DNA of 64,000 nt from Sarea resinae. Taxonomy: Eukaryota. The position numbers and the translations under genes are program-made. The stretch is from NCBI GenBank assembly GCA_026026165.1, contig JAPEUD010000008.1, positions 62,001 to 126,000 on the forward strand. Direction: 5' to 3'. Of this stretch, positions 25,491 to 40,523 are shown in pieces. Within the stretch, counting starts at the first letter, position 1. Each line of letters opens with the position of its first letter. The notes beneath the pieces are model-generated. The model made no database searches and was not told the origin of the DNA. It saw nothing but the letters and a program-made list of their open reading frames with translations.

Positions 25491-27848
25491 TTATGAGCTC
25501 TGGCCCTCGACCGATCCGCCCTCCAGAGGCACCACAGCAGGAGCACCCGAGATGGATTCACCACCCCCTCCTTCGCCCTGCCTTGGTTTGCCAGAAGTGG
25601 TATCAGGCGTGAAGCTATACAGTCGGACCTCGCAATCCTCTCCTCCCGTGCACATGCGCGAATCGCTCAGCCCGATACACGTCACGGGACCCCGGTGGCC
25701 CGTGAAAGTACGCTCGCATCTTCCAGTTCGCGCATCCCACACCTTGACCATGCGGTCCTCGGCACCGGAGATGACGCGGAGGGTGTCAGCAGCGAGCGCC
25801 CAGATACCCTCGACGTGTCCGAAGAAGGTGCGAAGACAGCGGCCGGTGCGGACATCCCAGAGGCGAATGGTGGAGTCCAATGCACCAGTCAACATGTACC
25901 GGGGTGGTGTGGGACGGTCCGTATTGGTGAAGCCGGGACCATAGGCGCTGATGGCCGAAAAGTTGCCGCTGCCGCTGTTCGGATCGTGATGGGTGCCGGC
26001 ATCTGATGAGGAATCCTTGCTAGACGTACTGCAGGTATCGTTGTCGTCGTCTGTTTCGTCCTCTTCGAATTCGAATTCGGCGGGAAGAGGCAGCACTTGT
26101 TGGACTTGACCAACGTGGCCGTGGAATGTTTTGATACAGCTTTTGGTGTCGAGGTCCCAGAGCCGGACTGTACAGTCGTCTGAAGCGGAAAAGACTGTCC
26201 GACTGACGGAATCCAATTTGACAGAATTGACCCAGTCGGTATGACCTCTTAGTAAAAAGGTGGATTTATCCTCAAAGTTCCAGATTTTAATCGTCTTGTC
26301 CATTGATCCCGAGGCGAGAATCGTCGAGTCAAAGTGTAGCGAGATGACTCCGCCGCTATGGCCTGTATAAGTAGATATGCATTCGCCAGTCCGCCAATTC
26401 CAAATCTTGAGGCTTCGATCAATGCTACCGCTAATAAGTTTTGTATCATCGAATTGGAGACATCGAATGCCGGATTCATGGCCTCTCAGCGTACGCATTT
26501 CCTTTCCGGTGGCAACATCCCATATCTTGATCGTGGAATCATACGAGCCGGTCGCAAGAATATTGTCGTCGAACTGAAGACACATCACGCCGTTCGAGTG
26601 TCCTTTGAATATCTTCGTAGAGCATCTGCCATACTTCCAATTTGTACCGACTTTGAATCTGTCCTTGTAAACATCCTTCCACGGCCGCAGGCGAGGCTTG
26701 AAATAGTGATCATCTAATTGGTCCCTCTCGACTGATGTGCACGGCCGCTTCGCCGATGTATTTGCCAATGGGTCAACGTCGTGAGCGCCACGCTTTCGAT
26801 TGGTATCGAGATGGATATTTCTGGAAGCCAAGGCCGCCGATGCATGCTCTTGAGAAGACAGATGAGCGCCATCGATGGCATCTGATGTGGATTGGTCCTG
26901 CTGTCCGTCTGGAAACGGTGTAATGTCGGGAGACCACATATTCAAGCCCTTTCCTGTCGCTCTAAGTTGTATTTGCCTCTTGGATGCCCGTAGTCTCTTT
27001 CTCTCCAACAGCGGCAGACCCCATCCGCACTTGGTGCATTTCCTATCAATATGCTGTTCGCACATCCTGTGCCACACAACATCGTCATCAGCTAGACTCC
27101 TCCACCGTTGGCTGACTTGAGCCGCCTTGCACAACGACGTAGTATCCAAGTAGCAGAGGATCTTGAACGAGATCTCCGGCGGCAGAGCGGTGAGAAAGTC
27201 GATTCGGATGAGCTCTCGCACAGACGCAGAGATGAATGATAGCTGTGGGAAGCAACACTGGGTGAGGATACCCTGTAGCATGAGTTTTCGTTGTTTTGGA
27301 GGGGCTGCGGAGAAGAGCGACCACACATGTGCGATGCCTTGTCGGTCGGCCTGCGATAAGGTCTCTAGTTCCTGTAGAATTATTCACCATCAGCACGGCT
27401 ATCACAAACCGCGCCAAGTGTCTCGAACGGTTCCACTCACACTCTGTAACTGTTCCATGGATGGCTCATCTGCTTGTCTCCTGCATTTGATGTCCGGCCG
27501 GTGTCGGTAGCAGTACTTCGTGTTGGACTTTTGATTACTTGCACCCTGTCCCTGACTCGATGACCCCAGTGGAGCATATGTGTCCGGAATATGTTTGGCT
27601 AGGAACGGAGTCACAGTCTGCCCCGCCAGCCTGCTCGAGGCGGAGATAGAAATGCTTCCGTTATCATCGTCCAAAGCTTGCCCCGATCCGTTGTCCGATT
27701 CATCGTGATTGTCGGGCTGCTCATTCTGAGCCTTGAGAGCATTGATATCGGAGGGAATATCGAGCGACATTGCCGACGTGGATTGTCGTGGAGAGTGGCG
27801 TCTTCGTTTGACGCATCCTTGAGAGACGGGATCGTTGGGAAGTTTCAT
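25491..27848 (-). CDS. sconB: F-box/WD40 SCF subunit, sulfur controller SconB/Met30
   Basis: [10 protein letters not shown]-box [20 protein letters not shown], Met30-type [40 protein letters not shown], multiple GH...WD repeats. Intron 27372-27440. Confidence 0.96.
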
Positions 27849-28403
27849 GCTGTCTTCTCCGCTGGTGAAGGTGAGGCTCCGTGGCCTTTATACGAGTGAA
27901 TCAATCCAGCGGTGAGATTGACGCAGTCGGTGAGTATTATTGCATCTGGCTGTCGTGCTGGGTCGATTTCAAAGCCTCATCAATCGACGATGGCGTGCGA
28001 ACAAGGGAAGCTTGCGACGAGGGTCCCGATACGGCTGCCGAGAGGTAGTCGGTCGGCGAGGTTCCAGGGACGGAGCGAGCCCGAGAAGAAGAAGAAGAAC
28101 GAGCACGACAGCAATGATGCTGTGCGGACCGAGAGTCATGTAAGGGGCCGAGTTGCGATGGTGGCACTGTTCACGAGAAGGATGGAGTTTAATCAGATCA
28201 TTGATGGGAAAGAGGTTCGTGGTGCACCGCACTGTCACTTTTCTTCTTCTCTCGGTCGTGGGGGTCGCGTGAGGGGAGTGAAACTTCAGTGGCGGCAGAT
28301 CTGCCCTCGTCCCTGTCGCAGGAGGTACTTCCGAGAGAGAGGGAGCCACGCGCCACGACGTGGTACAGCACAAGTATCTCGCCGTACCTTGCCTTAGCTG
28401 GCA

Positions 28404-28413
28404 GTGGTGTCAT
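28404..28413. promoter_or_regulatory. Candidate CYS-3/MetR bZIP site upstream of sconB
   Basis: GTGGTGTCAT is a 9/10 match to the CYS-3 consensus ATGRYRYCAT, ~560 bp upstream of the sconB ATG. Confidence 0.3.
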
Positions 28414-29219
28414 CCGCGGCAACAAGAACGCCATCCGTCATCTCGGCTCACTCGTCGCCCTCGTTGCCCTCGTCGCCCTCGTTGTGTACCCGGTACTCTG
28501 ACTCGGTTCACGCACTTGCGGTGGCGCGGAGGTGCATCTGAGAGGAAAGCAAGTAGAAGATACCTCCTCTGGTACTCTTCCATCTTCCATCTTCCACCTT
28601 CCACCTTCCCTCACGAGCGATGCTCATCTCCATGCTCATCTACCTTGTAGATGAGCATAAGAGCCTCTCCTCATGATTGCGACCGCTGATCGCTATCTGA
28701 TATCAACCTGATTGAGGCTCGACACCGTCCGTCTCTTGCTCTTCACGCTGGGGCAGGTCCGCCATCTGGATGGTCTTTGCTCGACCCAGGCAGCGCAGGG
28801 TTAGGGTCGTCTACCTTACTATGAGTACTAACCTTAGGGTCGCTAACCATCGCACTACCTCGTTCCGGTTAGTCTTCGAAGAGGTCAGGCAGCTTACCCC
28901 AGACTCAACTCAACCGATGGCGCCTGTTCGCCTAATAATGCCTTCTGATCCTCTCTCCTCGGCCGCGATAGGCACACAGACGGGCCTTCTCGTGCTCCGG
29001 TGATCAGATTGCTGTATCGGCTCGAGAGCAGCTTTCACTCACTCTCAGTGATTTCTCGGTCCGTCGCTGTCTGCTTTTGTCGTTCGGAGCTCCTGCGTTG
29101 TCGGTCCCTATGTGCACGTCGTGGCAGACATGCACACTACCTGGCGGTGCTTGATCAAGCTAGTCGTCAAGTGAACGGCATCTTGCACACTGCTATTGTT
29201 CCTTGCAGAATCTCCCGAA

Positions 29220-30929
29220 ATGTCTGTTTCCTCGTCAACTCTGGCCGAAGGTGCGCCTATAGCCTCATCAAATGACAACATAGATCGAGAAGAGGCCCCC
29301 AAGGCCTCTCTCGATACGCTGGTTGCCCATCTGCTAGCATCTAAGCGCTCTCTGTCATCCATCAACCATGTCTGGCGCGCCAATGAGATGGTCACCTCCG
29401 CCCGGTCCGCGCTGGAGGAGAGTGTCATCCTGGGTGCAAGGCTCGGCTTCATGAAGCGGGGCATCGCGAAACAAGTCTCTGTTCTCGACTATGTGAGGAG
29501 TGGGCTTGAGAGTGTTGCACGTGACGGTCAAGCCGAATTTCAAGTAATCATAATGATTCAAATCGCAGAGCAAATTACTGATGGACGAGGTTAGGCTGTA
29601 CTCGAGGACTTGGATACTGCCGAGGCCAACCTCCAGCAGACTCTTGGTCAGCTTCGGTCGACAATGGTAGAAGCTGCCTTTCGACCAGAGGGCGAGGAAC
29701 CGAAATCTCTACATGACTTTGTGGACGAGCAAGGTGTAGATAGCCTCATGGCCGCATTTCGAGATGCGATTGATATCACGAATGTATGCATATAGCCTTC
29801 TTCTTCTCCAAGACTCGTGCCATTGGATCTCACACCTCATTGAATAGGATGCCCAACGGGAATTTGCAGCATCCAACCATGCCTTTGACTTGGATCTTCA
29901 ATCCATCCAAACAACCATAAAAGCAGCAGAGACCGGAGCCTTACAGCCGTTAGCAGAAGAAGAAGAAGAAGAGGGAGATGAAGGGCAAGAAGGAAAGAGC
30001 CGCGCCCCCGAATTAGCTATCCCTTCGCTCCTCCAATCCCTCGAATCCCACGCCAAGGAAATGGCAGACCTTCTCGAATCACTCGTCCGCCACTTTGACC
30101 TCTGCGTCACTGCCATCAAGCACACCGAAGGCGGCGGCGCTGCAGCTCAGAGTATCACAGGCGACCTGCCTGCCGGCGTTGGTGTCGATGAAGACGAGCA
30201 GCCTCCTGAACCCATCACGGAGCAAGAGCGAATCGAGATGGTCTGGGTGCTTTCAAAAGACGCCGAAGAAGTTGACGACGTCGTCAGCGAGATCCGCGAC
30301 CGGCTGACAGACATGGAATTACAATCGGAGCGCATCAGCGCCCACGTCGCCGCCATCGTGCACTCCCACAGACTGACCACGGCAGCCTTCCACCTACTGG
30401 AGGACGTCGGCGCTAGATTACCCAGTTACATTGCCCAAAGTCACACATTCCTGACTCTATGGGAGGACCAGAAACAACACATAGCGGAGCGTATGGAGGA
30501 GCTCGAGGGCTTGAAGGATTTCTATGATGGGTTCTTACAGGCGTACGACGGACTGATCATCGAGGTTGCGAGAAGGGGGGAGATGCAGACGAGAATGGAG
30601 AAGGTTGTACAGGACGCCGCGGCCAAGCTGGAGCGGCTGCGTGAAGGTAATGCTTGCAGTTGCATATACCGTTTCATCCTATGACATTTCTATTTCATTC
30701 GAAGCTACGATGAATAGATAGCTAACACTTCCACTCAGAGGACTTGGCCGAGCGCGACGCCTTCAGACAAGACCAAGGCGACTACCTTCCTGCAGACATC
30801 TGGCCCGGGCTCACCAACCTTCCTCTCCGGTTCGAGATCGTACCCCTCGACAAAGCTACGGGCGACGTGCCGGAGCTGCCCAGACCGGTTATCGAGCAAG
30901 CACTTAGCCGAGCGCGCTCAAGGGTTTGA
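29220..30929 (+). CDS. ATG17: Autophagy scaffold protein Atg17
   Basis: SLDTLVAHLLASKRSLSSINHVWRANE, KSLHDFVDE, MADLLESLVRHFDLCVTA, FYDGFLQAYDGLIIEVARR, GDYLPADIWPG. Introns 29544-29594, 29784-29847, 30647-30738. Confidence 0.92.
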
Positions 30930-31535
30930 TACTATGGAGCCATTTTAGACACGTCAGTGATTTGGGGAACTGACTGTGCGGGGTCAAGACACATGAAACT
31001 TGCATAGACGGGCAAGTGTTGGTTAGGGGAACTCGTCAGGGCTCTCTTTTCTCTGCATTAAGCCCACGGCATTGTATCGCGGTGGACTTCTGGTCTCTCC
31101 TTTTTGTTTCTTTGCTTGAACGGCTGGAGGTTTCTCGCGGAGGGGAAACGCATCCGCCAGGCTCACGCAAAGGGAGGGATTCGGAATTTGTTTCGTCTTT
31201 CGAGTTGGTCAAGTGAAGGGAGGGTGGATACATGGACTTGATTGGGGGCTCTTTGACCATGGAGGGTAAGAAGATGTTTGCATACCTCGGTGCTTGATAG
31301 TCGCTCGGTTCGTTGTCGGTGTTCTCTGGATATCGAAAGGAGGGTTGGGGCGCACATGGAGGCAGGGCAATTCAAGCGGACTTCGATGCATAGATGGAAA
31401 GTAGGAAGGTGTAATATAGCAGTCTCCTTGTGGATAGGAAGATTGGGTATGTCTTTTTTATTCTTTGGGATTGCCCGTTTATCAAACGAGATGAGTAGGA
31501 ATAGATCAGAAAGTATGAGAGATTTCTTTCTTTAC

Positions 31536-33538
31536 TCATTTCTTGTGTCCGCGGCTCGAGCTGCTGATCATTTTCTTCTTGAGGTGTTTGGGGATCTTCG
31601 TCTTCCGCTTCTCGCGCTTTTCTTCTTTGACGAGCTGCTTGTGTTCCTGTGGAAGGGGGTGGCATTGTCAGTGACACAGCATATAGGAATAGGGTCTCGG
31701 TAGGTTTGGGCAGACAGAGAACATTGATTGAGACATGGGAAAAGGGGGATTCTCACCTTTTTGGCATCCTTATCCTCGAACCGTTTTCCTCGTGGTCTTT
31801 CGTCTCCGTCCTTTTTATGCCTGGGTCTCTCACCCTCGGACTCGCTTCCCTCTTCTTCCCCGTCATCATCACTATGGCTGGAAGAAGACACTAGACTCCG
31901 AACGTCATCGTCGCCGTCCTTCTCTAGATCCCTGGCTCCTCCGTTCGCTGCTACGCTGCCCACGCCGGTCGCCGCTTTATGGGCCAGCAGGTCGCGATAT
32001 ACAAGCTCGTTGACGTCGCCCTTGCCCACTCTCTGCGCGTCGCGATCGACGTCGTACACCTGCTCCAGCGTCTGGGGGATATACTGCTGTCTGAAGACGC
32101 GGGCGTCGACCTCCTCGTCGGCGCGCGCCTGGTCGTTATCATCATTACCATCGGCCGCCGCCGCCTCCGCCTCGCCGCGAGATTCGTACAGCTTCTCGAG
32201 ATCGAGCCGCATGGCCTCCGGGTCCGTCGTGCGGTCCGGGCCGCTGTCCAGGACGAAGCCGAAGACGGTACGTTCTGCGAGCGTGTCGACGCCTTTGCGC
32301 TGGAAGAAGTCGGAGACGTTTTTGATGTCCATGCGCAGGAACTCGAGGGAGCGCGGGTGGTCGTGCTCGACGCTCTGGCTGACGTCGATGATGTACAGCT
32401 TGCGCGCGTGGTAGAGGATATTGTACTCGCTGAGATCGGCGTGCACGAGACGGCACGTTTGATACATTACGCGCATGTAGCCGAGCAGTTGGAGGTAGAG
32501 GTTGCGCCATTCGGCTTCCGGGTTGGCGTCCAGCGGCGCCGGGAACGAGGTCACGTCGCGCAGGCGGGGAGCGGGCCAGCCCTTGCGGTCGCCGAGGAAG
32601 GACATGACGAGGACGTGGAGGCGGAGGTAGATGGGTTCTGGGCAGGGGATGCCGGCCGCGTGGAGCCGTTTGAGGTTGCGCATTTCTTTTTCCGCCCAGA
32701 CTTTCACCATGGCGCGATTCGACGACTTGTTGTAGCCGCTGCGGAATCGGTATTCGCCGCTGACGTACTTGTCGCGGTCTTTGAAGACGAGGATACTGGT
32801 TTTGTAGACTTTGATGGCGCGTTGGAGGACGGTTGGAGGGATGGCGGAGTCGGACGTGGCGTCGCTGGATTGCGGAATTGAGACGGCGTGGTAGACGTTT
32901 GCTTCTTTGCCGGTGGAGAGGCATCCGTTTACTTCCGAGACTATGTTGCGGTTGATCATCTGGAGGAGAATCATACGTGTTCGGGGGTCGAGAACCTGCT
33001 CCGAGGTTGCTCTGTCGCTTTTGTCTGTGGACCGAGCCTCCTTGGCCCCGAGCCCGGCTTGGCGGTCATCGAGCTTGATCTTGGCGGCATGTCGAGAGAG
33101 GGAGGATATCTGGTCGTCGACAAAGGCCGAGACGTTGGCCGAGGGTTTTTGTTGCGGGTTTGTTTTGGGAAGGTTGGATTTCGGGGTGTTGGGGTTGGCG
33201 AGTCCTTCACGGAGGAGTTTTTGGCGGTTGTAGGATTTGGTAAAGTCGGCAGGGTTGGAGGAGTAGAAATCAGTCGTTTCGAGGTCGTCGGCATCGTCGT
33301 CATCGTAGAAAATGTCGGAATCGTAGTCTTCTTCCTCTTCTTCTTCATGGTCGGGCCCGGCGGCCAATTGCACACCGCCTTCAGGCTCTTGTGCCCCGCC
33401 TAAAAGACTGTCGTGTTCTGCGGGCAGAGGCGCGTAGCCCTGGTTTGGGATATATGTGTGCGTCGGCTGAATGCCAGCAGCCAGATCTGCGGAAGCACCT
33501 TGGTGTTGAGGCTCTTGTGAGCCATTGGGTTCAGCCAT
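31536..33538 (-). CDS. RIO1: Atypical Ser/Thr kinase RIO1 (SudD)
   Basis: DKSDRATSEQVLDPRT, STGKEANVYHA, AIKVYKTSILVFKDRDKYV, LVHADLSEYN, IIDVSQSVE. Intron 31647-31756, basic tail EHKQLVKEEKREKRKTKIPKHLKKK. Confidence 0.97.
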
Positions 33539-33947
33539 GGTGGAGGTTGTTGTTGGAGTGTGGACGGTGATGGGCGGTGGTGGGGTTGATAGACTGACCC
33601 AGTAGGTCAGAAATATTTATCGCGAGTGACGGATTGATATCCACGTTTGGCGGCATCCTCCGCTCGCCTCGAGTTGCCCGAAGTACCCCGTACCCTAGAT
33701 CCGCCGTGAATTGGGAAAGCTTTACGGCGCGCAGACACATCAACGCGCGCTCCGCTCTCTACACCCTCCACCCTACACCACCATAACCCTACCCCAGATT
33801 GGCGCGCAGAGGGACCGGCAGATCTCGCAATCGACGTGAAGTGACGCTCACCTTCATCAGGACGGTACGATACGAAACCATGGACTCTTAGAGAGGCTGA
33901 GCGTTGTCCCCGCTTCACCCTCATCGACTCGGTTTCCCTACCCCTCG

Positions 33948-33953
33948 ACGCGT
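33948..33953. promoter_or_regulatory. MCB box (ACGCGT) in the RIO1/SMC3 divergent promoter
   Basis: Exact ACGCGT ~57 bp upstream of the SMC3 ATG; a degenerate ACGCGC near 33743. Cohesin genes are typical MBF targets in yeasts. Confidence 0.4.
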
Positions 33954-34009
33954 TCGGCGCGTCTTTGCCGCATAGGAATCAGATAGCCGGGAACACCCAT
34001 CTCGCCGCC

Positions 34010-37862
<3,853 letters not shown>

Positions 37863-38450
37863 ATCCCTGTTTGACACGCGTCCTGGGTGGTTTCTAGCAT
37901 TTCTGACCGTGTCTTCTTTCTTTCCCCTTCTCTCTTGAGATGGATATGATATGTATGTTCTACTCTATAGGGTTTTCTTCGGCGTTCTTGTAGGGGATGA
38001 ATGGGTCTAGGTAGTTTTATTTACATGGGTGCGGGTGAGGACGAATTATCATATATCACCAATAAACGACTCTCCGATCCGACTTTGAACGAATTGGATC
38101 GCTTCTCCCTCCTTTGTCTTGTGGTACATCGTACTCCATATCCTATGCATATCGTATCTGAATATTTACCTCCGTCCATGCATATATCTTGACCATCTCC
38201 ACCAAGTGAATCTCCAGAGATAAGTGCACTTTGTCGTGGGCCCTACAAAGGTCTATTCGATGCTCATCACCGTGGCTAAAGCAGGATATTCTACTCTTCT
38301 GCACAATACGTAATGGTGAATGTCAGATGCGGGTGCAACGCACGCGAACGGCTGACGGTAGTAAGTGACCGAGCACATCATCGCTGCATCGCGCTTCGTT
38401 ATCGTACCTGACCGTTTAGCTCGCGACATCGGGAAGTGGGATGCGACAAG

Positions 38451-38478
38451 CGGGAAGCGGGAAGCGGGAAGCGGGAGG
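38451..38478 (+). repeat. (CGGGAAG)n heptamer tandem repeat
   Basis: cgggaag x3 plus a degenerate copy, upstream of the NAT gene. Confidence 0.8.
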
Positions 38479-38862
38479 CGTGCGTTCCTGGGTTTACTGT
38501 AAACCATTCGTACAGCGAGTGAGTGAGTGAGTCACTCTGACACCTGCTGGACCCAGGACACTGACTCAACACCAAGGATCCCACGATAGACACAGTCCCA
38601 TTGTCGAATCATTGTCATGTCCGTAAAAGCAACACACCTCCCCGCCCATCTCGACCTCCTCTTGAAGATTCGTAGTGTCAACGGTCAAACGCCCGAGGTG
38701 TATGTTGCATGCGGAGCGTGAGTGTGCGATACACGAAATCATTACGATCCTCGAACCCTCCCATCTTCCTCCTCCCGTTCCTGCCCTTTCCCCCACCACC
38801 CCAGAAAAACAAAGGGGTCATTGCAGAGCAAAAGCGCAGCCAGAGCGAAAAGACGAGTCGAG

Positions 38863-40523
38863 ATGTCAGCGTACGGCCCTGAGCAGCTGAAGGCGTATCT
38901 GGAGTTGATTTCGCTGCCGGGGAAATATCTCCCAGCACAGGCGCAGCAGAATGGGCTACAGGCGCAACAGTCTCAAGAAGCCCCCTTCCCGCTACCGGCC
39001 GAGTATCTGAATCTTGAGTTGCTGACCGCGCTGCATGTGGGTCACATCTCGAGCATCCCGTACGAGAACCTGTCATTGCACTATTCGGCCAGCCATCGCG
39101 TCGAGCTTGACCCGCTGTTCTTGTATGAGAAGATTGTCACGGGTAGTGGTGGTGATGCGGGTCATCGTCGGGGTTCAGCGGGAGATGTGGGAAGTGAGGG
39201 GCCTGGGGGAACCAATGGGGCTAAGAGCCAAGGTAGAGGAGGCTATTGCATGGAAAACGCGCTGTTTTTCTGGAACATGTTGATGGCGATCGGGTTTGAG
39301 GCGAGGTTGGCCGGGGTCAGGATTAGGGAGAGGATTGTTGGCGTGCCAAAGGGGGGTTATGTTGGCTGGTGAGTTTATTTTGCGTACTTTTCTTTTCTGT
39401 TTCTGACTCATTGGTATGAGTTTTGTTTCGTGCTTGTTGGCTTCTTTGGGAGTCGAACCTTACAATGTCTTGTTTTTCTTTTCGAGAGATAGAGGCGAAG
39501 GGAAGTCTACGGCGGTATCTACACGTGGATCTGAATGTGTTCTTCTTGTACGTCTGAGAAGGTTTGACCGAATGAGAAGAAGATAGGAGAGAGACTAGGG
39601 GAGATGGTGTTACGAAAGATTTGGGAAGGAGGGAAAGCAAAATGCGCTCCACTATTGTCTTTGCCTATTCCTGTCTCTTGAACTCTTCTGTTCTTCTCTG
39701 CGTTTTTATATTTCTTTGCTTTTCCTTTCCTCTTTTGATTACCCGCTTTTCGTTTCCTTTCCCCTAAGTCCCACCTCCTCTCTTAAGCCTCAAAGATGAA
39801 GGATAGGTATTCAGAAGCACAGACACTAACCCATCAATTACAACACACCACAGGGTCCACGTGGTCAATATCGTTACCCTCCCCAATGGAGCAGAATACA
39901 TGCTGGACGTCTCGTTCGGCGGCGACGGGCCGACACTGCCACTCCCACTGACCGCAAACCTCGTTCATTACAACAGCGTCGGCACACAAGAGATCCGACT
40001 GATCCACTCGGAGGACCCATTCACGAACCCAGAAGCGCCCCCTTCATCCAGCACACCCGCGGGCGAAGACCAGGCAGAGGACAAGAAGCACCGGTTCTGG
40101 ATCTATCAGTATCGCAACGACCCCCTCACGACCGCGCCCGACGGCGGCTGGAACTCCTTCTACGCCTTTTCGGACGCCTACGCCTTCCGCGCTGCTGATC
40201 TGAAGGTGATGAATTGGTATACCAGCACGCATCCGGAGAGCTTCCAGACGTTCACGGCACTGGTGGTGAAATTCCTGCGGCGGCGGCGGGCATTGAGTGG
40301 AAAGACGGATGATGTGGAGGATGAGGGGGAGTTTGAGATCTACGGGAAGAGGATGCTGGTCGATAACGTCATCAAGGAGAACACGGGCGGTAAGACGCGC
40401 GTGGTGCAAGTCTGTCAGACGGAAAAGGAGAGGGTCGAGGCGCTGGAGAAGTGGTTCGGTATTTACTTGACGGAGGAGCAGAGGCGTGGAATTGCAGGAA
40501 CCAGGACGGAAATTGTGGGGTAA
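38863..40523 (+). CDS. NAT: Arylamine N-acetyltransferase
   Basis: HISSIPYENLSLHY, GRGGYCME (catalytic Cys), W|VHVVNIV (His), YMLDVSFGGDGP (Asp). One intron, 39369-39853 (GTGAGT...ACTAAC...CAG). Confidence 0.92.

Noticed and set aside
31728..33403. Long overlapping antisense and alternate-frame ORFs (228-300 aa) within RIO1
   Set aside because: Explained by the very high third-position GC of the kinase domain suppressing stops; the products are low-complexity.
39368..39425. Possible stwintron in the NAT intron
   Set aside because: Removing the putative internal intron does not create a good donor, and the phase would not match the downstream exon.
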